Shown: positions 12,293 through 30,736 of the stretch, in pieces
Layout: every line of letters starts with the position of its first letter
How positions within the stretch are numbered: position 1 is the stretch's first letter
Source of the DNA: Phaeosaccion multiseriatum
Lineage: Eukaryota; Protista; Ochrophyta, other classes
Direction of reading: 5' to 3'
Assembly: GCA_965112735.1 (NCBI GenBank)
Contig: OZ218959.1
Location: 1,488,001 to 1,552,000, forward strand
Length of the DNA: 64,000 nucleotides
Program-made: the position numbers and the translations under genes
Notes under the pieces: model-generated
Databases searched by the model: none
What the model saw: only the letters and a program-made list of their open reading frames with translations
What the model was told of the DNA's origin: nothing

Positions 12293-14102
12293 ATGGCAGA
12301 CTTTGAACAGCAGGGAGCCTCGTCTGCCCCGACTTCTGATCCTGCTCCGGCTCTGGCTGCGGCTGGGGGAGAAGAGGCGGACCAGGTGGATCAGGACAGC
12401 ATCGACGAGTTTCTCGACGCCGCTCGGTACGGAGACCTCGAGGACCTGAAGCAGCTGCTGGAGCGCGTCCCGGTGAACAGCAAGGCCGAGTACGGGGCCA
12501 CGACTGCGCTGCATTACGCCTGCGCCAATGGCCATCTTGAGGTTGTGCGCGAGTTGGTGCAGCGAGGTGCAACGCACGGGGTGAATGAGTCGGGCAACTC
12601 ACCCTTGCACTGGGCGGTGACGAGCAAGCAGCGGGACTGCGTGCGGCTGCTGTGCGAGGAGTTGCTGACGGAAGCGGCGCAGATGGATGTGATGGTGAAG
12701 AACAGCCTGGGGCGGAGTGCTCTCACAGAGGTAGGGGGAAGGATAAACCAAAGCTCTCAGCTGGTCCTGCGATCAAAAGACATTGCTCTTAGGCTTGCAT
12801 AGAGGCTGAATATAGAGTTCTCTCGAGTTCACTCTACTGTTCCCGTGAATGTTGTGTCTCATTCGTCCCCACGTTCCCCTCCAGGCATTCACGATAGGAG
12901 ACCATGAAATGGTGAAGCTTATCCTCAACCATAAATCTGCAGAGGAAGACATGCTTCTGCAAGGATCTAGTCTGGGGAAGAAGGGAGGGGGAGAAGGAAG
13001 CACGGAGGCGAAAGACCAACAAGAGGGGGAGGAAGGAGAAGCAGAGGCACAGGTGCTACACGTGTTTAGCTTTGGCAGGAAGAAGCGCCCCCGGGAAGGG
13101 GCAGAGGCGGAGAAGGACGAGGAGGAGGAGGAGGAGGAGGAGGAGGAGGAGGAGGAGGAGGAGGAGGAGGAGGAGGAGGAGGAGGAGGAGGAGGAGGGCG
13201 GCGGCGCGAGAGAAAACGACGACGGCGTGTGCGAGAGCAAAGGGGATAGGGGGGAAGAGGAGGAGGATCGGAAACCAGAGGTTGAGAAGGGCAAGGAGGA
13301 GGGGGAGGGGGAGGAGGAGGGGGAGGATCGAGGAGGAGAAGATGACGGCAACAACAACACCATCTCATTCGAGGTGCGGGAACTCGCCATCAAGCACGCA
13401 GACAATCCCTTTGGAGAGACGGCAGCAGATGACACCACCGGCCTGGGTATCTGGGCAGCCTCCATCGTCATGGCGCAGTGGCTCTCCTGCCCTGCCATGT
13501 CCAAACGCTTTGATGGCCGTTCTTTGATCGAGCTGGGCGCCGGCTGCGGGGTGCCGGGTCTGGCGGCGGCGGCACACAGCTATCCCTCGAGCCTCGTGTT
13601 GACGGACTTGAACGCCGAGACGGTGGCCAATCTTCGCCACAATATTGCCATCAACCAGAACAAGAACAAGACCAAGAATGATAGTGCAAGCGTTTCAGCG
13701 GCGACGCTAAGCTGGGAGGAGGAAGACAATATGGAGGGGGCATGGCCTATCGAGGCGGCAGATTTTGTCATCGGGTGCGACTTGGTCTATCAAAAGGAGG
13801 TCGGGCCTGTGCTGCTCAAGGCGGTGCAAGGCTTGTGTAAGAGGGGGGGCACCTTCCTCTATGTGGCACCAGCGACGGGGCGGGACGGCTTGCCGGAGTT
13901 CCTAGCGAGCTTGGAGGGGAAGGCAGTGGATGGGGGCGGGGGCTTTGTCCGGCAGGGGAAGGCAGTGGACGGAGAGGTGGCCCCGGAGGCCTACAAGGGC
14001 AACCCGCTTGCCAGCAAGAGCGAAGATGACTTCCTACTGCATTTTACGGAGCTGAGTAGCACGGACTACCGATTGCACGAGTTTAGAAGGGAGGAGGAGT
14101 GA
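12293..14102 (+). CDS. Yar1-like ankyrin-repeat domain fused via an acidic linker to a Methyltransf_16 (METTL21/Efm-like) seven-beta-strand protein methyltransferase. Exons 12293-12730, 12885-14102
   Basis: Ankyrin motifs AARYGDLE, TALHYACANGH and GNSPLHWA; methyltransferase motifs DTTGLGIWAAS, LIELGAGCGVPG, LTDL, LSW and IGCDLVY. Confidence 0.85.
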
Positions 14103-14782
14103 GGAGTGACTGGGAGGGGTGGTGGAGGCTATCGCTTGCACGCGTTGTAGAAGGGACAAGTGAGGAGTGCGAGTGGGAGGACGAGAGCTAGCACCACAAC
14201 TTGGAAGGGACGAGGCGTGAGGAATGACTGGGAATAGTGAGAAGGTTAGGCGGGGAGGGGATCCATCGCCTCAGCACGAGTAGAAGGGGGAGAGAGAGGA
14301 AGGAGGAATGAGGAGGGAGGAGTGACGGGGACTACGGCCTATACGGGTAGAAGAGGGAGGGGTAAGGAGTGACCAACAAGCTGTTCCTGACCCTGCCTGC
14401 CTCGATGCTTGGGCCACTCCAGTAGGGAGGGAGGGTGGAGCGAAGGACTTTTCTTGCAACTTTCTTTGCAAACTCGTTTTAAAATTAATTTACTTACGTA
14501 GTACTACGTATATAAAGGCGGAAATCTCTCTCTCTCTCTCTCTTCCGCACCCGTACTATTCTTGCTGTATTAAGTTGCTGAATGCTTTGTTGCACAGCGC
14601 CCGGGCCGCGATCAGCAGAGGACATGGGCGCATGGGACGGCCTTTAAATAGGGGCCGTTGCTGTTTATCTTTGGCCTTCCTGCTAGGGTATAGAGGGTGG
14701 TGAAGACGAAGAATGGCAAAATTGGACGTCGTGCCGAGTTGTCTGTTTGTCTAGACCCAACTACTTCGTCCTTCCATCACCA

Positions 14783-14923
14783 TCACCGCCCCTCTCCTGC
14801 TCCTCCTCCTCCTGCTGCTGCTGCTGCTGCTTCCCCTCCCCCTCCTCCTGCTTCCCCTCCCCCTCCTCCTCCTCCTCCTCCTGCTGTTGCTGCTGCTGCT
14901 CCTCCTCCTCCTCCTCCTGCTGT

Positions 14924-14954
<31 letters not shown>

Positions 14955-17400
14955 CCTCCTCCTCCTCCTCCTCCTCCTCCTCCTCCTCCTCCTCCTCCTT
15001 CTGCTGCTGCTGCTGCTGCTCCTCCTCCTCCTTCGAGGATGGTGTCCTTGCCCCCCGTTTCGTCCTCCTGCTCTCGCGTAGACCGCTTCACCCTCTTCCA
15101 CTTGCTCTTGCCCAGCTTCGCCAGTAGCAGCTGCTTTTGCCGATGCATCAGGCCACGCACGTCCATTTTCAATGACGGGGCCCTCAGCACCCTGCCTATG
15201 CGCATCGATGGCAGCAGACGCCGCAGGACATCCCAGGAAGCAGACGCTGCTTTCCTCCCCCATCGTCGGCTACCAGGGCCTTGGTGCGTCCTGCTGTTCT
15301 GGTCACTGTCGCTGGTGCTCGCGTGGTCAGGCGGCGTGATCATTTTCAAGTCCGATACTGCTGCGATAACGCCTCCTCCTCCTCCTCCTCCTCCTCCTCC
15401 TCCTCCTCCTCCTCCTCCTCCTCCTCCTCCTGAAGCCGCTATTTTGTCGGCAGCTTCACTAAGTGCTGCGGATTTGAAATGGACCTGCCTCGCCTCCTCC
15501 TTCTCTTCCTCCTCTTGTCGGGCCTTTGCGGACTCGTGAGCAGCGCGTTCCCTTTCCGTTGCCTGTAAAGAGCAACACAACAAAGACCAACAGAAGCAGC
15601 CGCGAGGAAGGTGAGTGAGTGAGAGCGGCACAACGCAGCTAAAAAGAAGAGGCGATAACGAGAATAGAGAGCGGAGGCAGCAAAGCCACAGACGTGCAAC
15701 GAAAGCAACGTCCGCCAATGGAGGATGCTGTCACAAAGGCGCACCAGTATGAGCTGCCATATACGGCTCTACTGCTCTCAAGTAGACAAACAGAGGAGCA
15801 GAGCCCGTCTCGTCGCGCCTTGCCGCACCCCTCAAGAAGTACTTAGAGCGGCGGGTGGACCACAGCGAGCTGCCTTCTTCTCGCTTGCTTCGTGAGTTTC
15901 TTCGTTGCCACCCCACCCCCTGCCCCCGAACACCCCTCCTCCCTCCTTACTTTTCGATCGTACCTCAGTTTGCAAGCGCTCTTTGACCCTCTGTTGTGCA
16001 GCTCGGCTGCGAGCTCCCTCCAGCTCCCTCTGAGTAGAAGCTCCCTCCAGCTGCCTCTGAGTAGAATGCGGGCTGCGCGGGCTACGCGGACTGCGCCGAC
16101 TACCTGGGCTTCCGGCTCTGGATATATGACCAACTGCTTCACCCCTTCCTTCTTTGTCTACCCCGTCACCAGCTCCGTCGGCCCCTTCCTTCTTGCCTGA
16201 CCGCTGCCGCTGTCCCGGTGCCTGTCCCTGTCGCTGCTGTTTCCGCTGCCCTGGGGGGGTGCGCCGCGTGCCTTTGGAGGGCGTGGGCGAGGGAGAGCGC
16301 GAGGGCGAGGGCACTGCCTCATCAGGCGGGATGTGTACACCCTCCTCCTGCTGCCCGATGAGGACCATGTCCTTGTTCTTGTTCTTGTTCTTGTTCTTGT
16401 TCTCACTCTTACTCTTGTTCTTGTTGCGAGGACTTTCCGTATAGCCTCTGGCGTTAGCTCTTCTCACGCTCACGGCAGCACCCTCACCGTTATCATCATC
16501 ATAGAGGACGATGGCTGCTGAGGTTCCCCCCTCGCCGCGCTCATCGTAGCGGACGATAGCCCCTCCTGCTCCACCTTCACGTCCTTCACCCTTTCCGTCG
16601 TTTTCTCTATGCCCCTCAGCATGCCCTTCGTGGGCATTTTTTATCAAGCCTGCTCTTAGGAGATCCCCATCCCCACCCCAAACCACTCTCCTGCGATCAC
16701 TACCACTGCTTTCTGGAGTAATACCTCCCCCCCTTCCACCGCCGCCACCACGCCCACTACTACTGCTCCTCACAGCCCTTCGTCCTTGCCCCGCTATTCC
16801 TTTCGCTCCAAGAGCAGCAGCCGGAGTGACCAGACGGCGAGGCGTGGAGTGGGCAGCAGGGGGCTTCAACAGCTTGTGGTGCTGGTCTTCGGTTCTTAGC
16901 CTGTCTGAGGCCTCAGTCATTCGCACCATCACAAGTCTCCGAATCTTGGCTTTGATATCGCTTCTCGTCAGCTGCTCTGGGGTGCATACCGAGATGAGGT
17001 CAGTGGGATCACGCGTGCAGGTCCGAAGGGTGCGATGAAGCAGAGCACTACTCGCCGTAGCTGGTCTCCTCTTGTGCGGTGCGTCCACAGGCCTTTTCTG
17101 CTGCCTGTACTGCTGTACTGCTGAGTGAAGCGCACTCGTTTGTGTTGTCCTCCTCTCACTACAAACCCCTCCAGCCGAGAACGAAGGTCTTGGTGCTAGT
17201 GGTCTCGGCCTTCTTCCCCCAGACGGCTCCCTCGCCCCCGCCGAGCTCAAGGGCCGCGGCCGATAGGGCTTTAATCTCCCCTCGCCGGTCAAGGGCCTCG
17301 GCCTTCGCTCATCACTGCTGGGAGGAGCCGCAGCAGCAAGAGGGACACCGCCATTAGGTCCTTCGATAGCTAAGTTGCTGGTGGAGGCGAAGAGCGCCAT
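14783..17400 (-). CDS. Unknown low-complexity, probably disordered protein. Exons ~17400-15964, 15562-14783
   Basis: A 524-aa ORF with donor GAG|GTACGA splices in phase 0 to TTTACAG|GCA and continues a coiled-coil segment (ERLQTE-ATERERAAHE). No domain recognised; the start is uncertain. Confidence 0.5.
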
Positions 17401-17637
17401 TACCACCCCTTGAGGTGCACCACATAGCAGTCGGCGGAAGAGGCGTCCAATCCCAGGGGTTGTGTAAAAGGCAAATTTCTGTAACGTCCAATTTGAACGA
17501 AAGCTCGGCTGAATGCGGACCGGTTTATTATTGCACCTCCTTCCATCTGTATTGAACAGGAGAAAGAGGAAGGAGAGGAAGGAGAGGAAGGAAAGAGAGG
17601 GGACGGAGGGGGGCGGGGGAGGGGGGGGTTACGACAG

Positions 17638-17731
17638 CGATTTGTAGCGTGCTTAGGGGGGACACAGCGAGGAGAGGAAGCAAAGAGAGGGGAGTTTGTC
17701 GATTTGTAGCGTGCTTAGGGGGGACACAGCG
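17638..17731. repeat. 32-bp perfect direct repeat (CGATTTGTAGCGTGCTTAGGGGGGACACAGCG) x2 in a divergent promoter/5' UTR
   Basis: Copies at 17638-17669 and 17700-17731. Confidence 0.85.
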
Positions 17732-17786
17732 GGGTGGAGGTTTATCCAGGCCTTCCGGCCTCTGTAGACCCGCTCTCTCTCTTGCA

Positions 17787-23357
<5,571 letters not shown>

Positions 23358-23401
23358 AGACAGCCGGTGCCTGGTGTCAGGCATTCAGGCAGTGCTCAGT
23401 T

Positions 23402-23974
23402 TCAGTCAGTCAGTCAGTCAGTGGGTGTGCCGTCAGTCAGTCAGTCAGTCAGTCAGTCAGTCAGTCAGTCAGTCAGTCAGTCAGTCAGTCAGTCAGTCAG
23501 TCAGTCAGTCAGTCAGTCAGTCAGTCAGTCAGTCAGTCAGTCAGTCAGTCAGTCAGTCAGTCAGTCAGTCAGTCAGTCAGTCAGTTCGTCAGTCAGTCAG
23601 TCAGTCCGTCAGTCAGTCAGTCAGTCAGTCAGTCAATCAGTCAGTCAGTCAATCAGTCAGTCAGTCAGTCAATCAGTCAGTCAGTCAGCCAGTCAGTCAG
23701 TCAGTCAGTCAGTCAGTCAGTCAGTCAATCAGTCAGTCAGTCAGCCAGTCAGTCAGTCAGTCAGTCAGTCAGTCAGTCAGTCTGTCTGTCTGTCAGTACC
23801 TGATGTGAGTCAGTCAGTCAGTCAGTCAGTCAGTCAGTCAGTCAGTCAGTCAGTCAGTCAGTCAGTCAGTCAGTGCTTGATGTGAGTCAGTCAGTCAGTC
23901 AGTCAGTCAGTCAGTCAGTCAGTCAGTCAGTCAGTCAGTCAGTCAGTCAGTCAGTCAGTCAGTCAGTCAGTCAG
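23402..23974. repeat. (TCAG)n tetranucleotide satellite between convergent genes
   Basis: About 570 bp of near-perfect TCAG repeats. Confidence 0.95.
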
Positions 23975-24363
23975 TGCCTTCACCACGGCCATCCAAGGAA
24001 GAAAGTGCGCGAAGGGAGAGGAGAGAGGAGGGGGGGCTGATGGGACAAAAGCGGTGTCAAAGCTGCTTTTTCTTTGTTGGCTATTGGCACAGATATGACC
24101 TTATCCTAGGGCAAGCACACCCCAGTAAGCTTTGTCTTGCAAGGCAAGCAGGCAATAAGGAAAGGGTAAGCAAACATCCTTTCTTTATTTCAATTGTACC
24201 TATCTACAGTGTAATCCTAATGTACAACAAAGGACGAATCTTTAAGTATGTCATTATTGATGTAACTATCAGTACCATTTTAATTTCAGTACTAATTATG
24301 ACGGGAGACTTCATGGAGTATCCCTTTGTGTGACATAGGCGTCCTCTTCTGTCCTTGGTTGAC

Positions 24364-27300
24364 TTAGAAGCAGTGCTGGAGTGCCTCCTCCGTAAGGTGA
24401 TTGACCTGAGGCGGGGAGAGGCGGAGAGAGGAGTGGTAAGGAGGCAGTTGCTGGCATATAGGCATGAATCGTCTTCCCTCCCTCCTACTCGTACCTTTGT
24501 GCCGAAGGGAGTGGGTGAGAGTTCTGTAACCGTGTGGAGAGGTAAGTCAATGAAAGGAACCTCGCTGATGGGCACCCCTGTGAAGTACGCGTATAGGCAT
24601 CTAAGAGGGGATGGCAGTGGATGGGGGGCAGGGGGCAGGGTTAAAGCTGACCCTGAGGGGGAAGAGCAGCCGATGCTGCCAATCAATCAGTCGACCAATC
24701 AACCAATCAATCAGCCAACCAACCAGCCAACCAACCAATAGTCGGTGGTCAGTAAGACAAACAAGTCGTGGACTCCCCCCCTCTCTCCTTCCCTGCCCCC
24801 CTCTCTCGCTCCCTCGTTCCCTCCCTCTCTCTCTTCCTCTCTCTCTCCCTCCCTCCACCTCTCCCTCCCTCCCTCCCTCCCTCCCTCCCTCCCTCTGTAT
24901 CACCAACTCCCCTACCTTTGCACGGCCATATGGCACACCACAACGCAGCTCCTCTGCTGTCTCTCGAGCTCCACAATGATAGGTCGTACCCTCTGAATCA
25001 CGTCCATGTAGCTCTCCCCACCTGGACCAGGAAAGCGAAACTCCAACTTATCCGCCTCGCGTTGGGCGTACATGTCCGGGTAGTGCTGCTTGAAAGTCTC
25101 TCGACTGGGAGAGGGAGGGAGGGAGGGGGGGAGGGAGGGGGGGAGGGAGGGAGAGGGAGGGAGGGAGGGAGGGAGGGAGGGAGGGAGGGAGGGAGGGAGG
25201 GAGGGAGGGAGGGAGGGAGGGAGGGAGGGAAGGAGGGAGGGAGGGAGGGAGGGAGGGAGGGAGGGAGGGAGGGAGGGAGAGGGGGGAGGGAGGGAGGGAG
25301 GGAGGGAGAGGGGGGAGGGAGGGAGGGAGGGAGGGAGGGAGAGGGGGGAGGGAGGGAGGAAGGGCGGGACGGAGGGAGAGGGTGGGTGGGAGGGAGGGCG
25401 GGAGAGTTGAAGAGTGGCAGAAACGAAAGGCCGTCAGAGAGGCAGACCGGGAGAGGGAGAGATGGGCTGGGGCAGAGCGGAGCTATAGAGCGAAGCAGCT
25501 TCCTTTCTTTCTTCCTCGCTTCTTTTCGGGCAAGGAATTCTTCGTCTAAACCTCTGATGACACGCATGCCTGCCTGCCCTCAACCTTCACTTCAACCCTC
25601 AAGCGCACAGTCACCTACCCATCCACACCCACCCACCCACTGACATAACACTCACCTCATGCTGGAGAATGATCCGCTCCCGAGTTCGTTGAGGAGGGTG
25701 GTGGAGGCGACAGGGTAGAGCATTTGAAGGTGTGCGATGGTTTCCGCGTCGACGCCTTGCGTACCCGCCATCACAATCACCTTTAAGCCACGCACGCACC
25801 CACGCACGCACGCACACACGCACACATGCACGCAAGCACGCAGAGACACAGACGCGCAAGCACACAGACATACACGCACAGACACAAAATGTAAGGCAGG
25901 GCAGACGGCCGCAGACGGACAGGCAGGCAGGAACGCAGGCAGGCATATGGGCCGGCAGATAGTAGAGATGCTGTCCACTCAATGCATGTGACGTATACAT
26001 GACACACATACACACACGTACACACACACGCACACGCACACACACACACACACACACATACACACACACGCCTAGACGCATGCATGTACTCACCTCGGTA
26101 CCAGGACCGGTGAAAGACAGGTTCTCTTGCTCCAACCTGCCATCCATTGCCATTCGTTGCCATCCATTACCAGATATTGCCATCCATTGCCATCCATTGC
26201 CATTCCATTCATTCCAAAGAGGAGGGGAGGGGGTTGCCGAGAAGGAGAGAGAGAGTGAGGGGGTGAGTGCGTGAGTGAGTGAGGGGGAGTGAGGGAGTGA
26301 GGGAGTGGGTGAGTGAGTGAGTGAGTGAGTGAGAGGGAGTGAGTGTGTGGGTGTGTGAGTGAGTGAGTGAGTGGGTGCTTTGGTGGACGCTCGTTTGCCC
26401 TGTCCAGGACAACAGGGCATCGCAACACTTGGTCCAGGACAACAGGGCATCACAACACAACATTTCGTAACACCCTTCTGGTGGGGCCCTTCCTCCTTCC
26501 CTCCCTCCGCCCCCCTATTTCTGTCCGATCTTCACTCTGCATCTGTCCGATATTGGCTCCTGTGCCCTCCGAGACTGAACCCTCTAACTCACTGACTTAC
26601 TGACCCCCCTAACTTGCTGACTTACTGACCTGATGTACTTGGCGAGGAGCATGGAGTACTTGCGCCCTGCCTCTGTAAGCTCGCCTGAGATGTGGGAGAG
26701 AGAGAATGGGAGAGAGAGAGAGTGGGAGAGAGAGAGAGAGAGGAAGAAACGGAGATAAGAGAGAGAGAGTGGGAAGAGAGAAGAAGAGAGAAGAAGAGAG
26801 ACAGGGAGAGAGAAGGACGGAGAAAGACAGAGAAATAGAGAGTGGGAGAAAGACAGAGGGAAGGAGAATGGGAGATAGAGAGAGATAGTGGAAGAGAGAA
26901 GAGAGGTAGGGAGAGAGGGAGGGAGAAAGACAGAAACAGAGAGTGGGAGAAAGAGAGAGAGAGAGAGAGAGAGAGGGGGGGAGAAAGAGGGGGACACAGG
27001 CTTCTCCAAGCCAAGCCAAGGCCCTAACCTTCACCGGACCCTCCCTTCCCTCCCTCCCAATATCGTTCCCCTCCCCTCCCCCCTCTCTCTCATCCACCCG
27101 TCCCTCCCTCCTTCCGTTTCTCCCCCCCCCCTATTACCTGAGTTGCTAAGCTCCCCTTGCCCCTGCTCGCTGGCGATACTCTCTGCTGGCTTGGTGAGCC
27201 AGATCTTCCGCTGACCGATGTGAATGTTCTGCAGATAAAAGGCCACCTGCATGTATGCACACACACACACGAGAAGAGCGGGGAGGAGGAGAGGGGGGGA

Positions 27301-28771
27301 GGGGGAGCAGATCGCAGAGAGAGAGTCAGCTCCTTCAGCAACCCTTGCTGACCACTGTATACACCTTCCTCCACGTGGCTAGGGGGATGGCTACAGACCG
27401 TCGTTATACATCTTGTATATTATATGTATTATATGTATGTATATTATATAATATCTCTAAGGTATAGACACGACCAAAGGCCTTACATAGATATACACAG
27501 ACACGCCCCTTAAACAGGGTACACATATACATACACACACCCATACCGCTTACGACAGGGCTTACCTGGCTGGGTAAATACCCCTTACAGTTCCGCGTAA
27601 CGACCTTTTGCCCCACGTTGTAGAGCTTAATGTACTGAAGTGACGCAAGGCAAGGCATAGTAGAGCAGTTGGTGATAGAGCAGCATTTGGTAATCAGACG
27701 GGAGCGGCCTCGGGACGCGTCTTGTCTTGTGCTCCCTCTTTTATCTCCCCCTGCACTCCTGTCCATCCACTGCCATCCCCTCCCCTCCCCTCCCTCACCG
27801 ATATATTGCTCTTGTCCTCGCTGTCCTCAATCGTGTCATACACGCTCTCATACGCCTTGATTCTCTCCTTGAAGTCTTTGAGGGCCTCAGTCGGTGACTG
27901 GTTCTTGTAATCGTCATTCTGCAGCTTCATTCTGTAGTTCTGCACCAAGATGTCAGGGTCGTCGCAGATGCTCTGTTGAAGGGGAGGATGGGGTGAGGGG
28001 GAGGAAGAGGAGGAGGAGGAGGAGGAGGAGGAGGAGGAGGAGGAGGAGGAGGAGGAGGAGGAGGAGGAGGAGGAGGAGGAGGAGGAGGAGGAGGAGGAGG
28101 AGGAGGAGGAGGAGAACAGAAGGGGTCAGCCAAGCAAACAATTTCTCTCTCTGAAACTCACCTTTCAAAGACATTCGTATTTCCATCCACTGCCATCCAG
28201 TCGAATCCACTGCCCTGCTGCCCTCCACTGCCATCCCCTGCTATCCACTGCCATCCCGTGCTATCCCCTGCCATCCACTACCATCCACTGACATCTCTCA
28301 AGCGCCCCTTGTCCCGCTCTCTCCTCTGCTGAACCACCCATCCACCACCCATCCACCACCCATCCACCACCCATCCACCACCCACCTACCCCCCCGCCCG
28401 CTGTCCTGACCCCCCCCCCCCCCCCCTGACACACAACACATACAAACACAGGTGCGTAATTCTCAGGTTGATTCCCGTAAGTCAATGTGTATATATATAC
28501 CCCTCCTCCTGACGCACCTCAATGAAGACGAGCATTGTGTTTTTCTCCTCCCTGGACCTGTTGAGAAGAATGGCCCTCCTCTCCTTGGTGGTGTTGGTGG
28601 CGTCCAGGAGGGCCACCTTGTTCTCGTCCTGCAGCAGTTGGTAATACAGCACAGCCCAGAGGATAGCAGTTGGTGATACAGCGCAGCAGAGCACAGCAAA
28701 GCGAGATGCGGGGAGGGGAGAAGGGTACACACGTCCACACACACACACACACACACACGCACATACACACG

Positions 28772-28822
<51 letters not shown>

Positions 28823-30299
28823 GCACCTCCGCCAGCCACTGATACATCTCGTCCTGCACCACCTCAAGCATCTTGGAGCGGATACGCATGCCCTCCTCAT
28901 TGTCCTGACACCAAGCAGAGAGAGCAGAGAGTAGGGGTGGGCATGTTGCATGTTCACGGTTAGGGCTCACAGAAGGCAACCCATGAACCCAACCACAACC
29001 CATCACTACCGCCTGCCTCTCTCTCGCCCCCCTCCCCTCCCTCACACACTCACTCACCGCATCGAAGAAGGACTTGTCTACCCCTGCGAAGCCCAACTTG
29101 CGGCGGTAGTCGCCAATGTTGAACACCTTCGTAGGGAAGTCTGTGGAGTGGATGTCCAACATGCGTATATATGTGTGTGTATAAGCTGAGTTGCGCAGAG
29201 ATGGTAGGACGCCAAGTGAGTAGCAAGCTTGTCATTCTCCTCTGGCACGCTGAGTCATATACACGGGGTCATTGACACCTGACACCTGGAACCTGACACC
29301 TGACACCTAGCCATTGACTGCCCTCAGGACTGACTGACTGACTGACTGACTGACCTATCCAGTTGAGGTATCGGGTGACCATCTTGACAATGTAGCTCTT
29401 GCCCCGGGCGGGCAGCCCAACCATGATGAGAACAAGCTTGCGGTTCATGGACCAGTGCCTGCGGAGGGAGGGAGGGGAGGCGAGACGAAAAGACACTAAG
29501 CACGCCTCCGACGAAAATTGAGTCTCCTCCATCTTCTTTCCCGCTCTCTCTCTCTCTCTCTCTCCCTTTCTCTCCCTCTCTCTCCCTCTCTCTCTGTCTC
29601 TCTCTGTCCCTGCCTGTCTATCTCTCTCTCTCTCTCTCGCCAGTCCGCCCCCCTGCTGCATCCCACTTGTACCACAGTCTCCCTCCCTCCCTCCCTCCCC
29701 CCCTCCCCCACTTACCCGAGTCTCCTGCTCATCTTTCCTGTGGGCCTCTCTAGCGTACCCATTTCGGAGGTCACATGGAACATCCGTGGACTGCCGGTGT
29801 TAATGGTGTTGTTGCTCCTGGTGGAGTCAAGGTGATTCAGCATGCCTATACCCGACATGTTTGGGGAAGGGGCTGCCAGCGACGAAAGCCCCAGCATGCG
29901 CTCGTGGCTGCTGCTCGGGAGGTAGCTAAGTTTACGGCTTTCTCTGTCTCTAGCGCTGCGCAATGAGAGGGTCGGAGAGGGTTGAGGAGGGAAGGCAGCG
30001 CCCCAGATGGGATGAGGAAGGACAGCAGGAGTGTGTTGGTGCCTCTGAAAGGGTTTGAGGAGGGGAGGAGGATTGCCTTCCTCCCTCCCTCCCTCCCTCC
30101 CTCCGTCCGTCCGTCTCTCCCTCCCTCTTTCTCCTTCCCTTCCTCCTTCTCCCTCCCTCCCTTCTTCCCTCCCCAATGCCACTCACTCCTTCTGGGCCTT
30201 CTTCCTCCTCTCGTGGAGGCCCACTCCGATGAGAACAAAGAGCATGGTCATGCCGTACCCAATGCAGAAAGCCGTGGCATTGTTCACCTTTGGCGCCAT
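24364..30299 (-). CDS. PFKFB: 6-phosphofructo-2-kinase/fructose-2,6-bisphosphatase family protein with N-terminal TM segment and degenerate phosphatase site. Exons 30299-30187, 29955-29716, 29458-29355, 29140-29058, 28904-28827, 28628-28518, 27972-27799, 27634-27566, 27246-27138, 26684-26630, 26136-26094, 25780-25656, 25104-24916, 24600-24495, 24405-24364
   Basis: P-loop [89 protein letters not shown] and LPLHTV. Fifteen exons in phase. Confidence 0.92.
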
Positions 30300-30736
30300 A
30301 GTCCCTCCCTCTCCTTCCCTTACTGCACTCTGCAGCAGCCACAAAGCAAGGAGGGGAGGGGGGGTGGGCTGTGCTCTTACTGCTGTGCCGCTTCCTTTGA
30401 TAAAGAAGGATTCAAGGAAAGTCCCTCTCCAAAAACAACGACCCCCCAGAATCCACGCGCCCTTAGGTCAAGAGTCTGCCAGGACAAAGAAACCAATCTC
30501 GAGCTCAGAAGGAAGCTGCTGCAGCGCGCGTTAACTTTAGCTCATGCGAGCGAAAGGGGGAGGGGACTCCGCGCCTAAGAGTAAAGGGGGGTTCGCTCTC
30601 GCTGACTTACTGTGTTTTTCAAAGCCCAAATCTCTTTCCTACTCTTAATCAGCTAAATCTTGCCCTTTTATTTTCCCCACCTTTACCTCCATATGGCTTG
30701 AACAGTGAGGAATAAGGGAAGGATTTGCTTGTGAGC

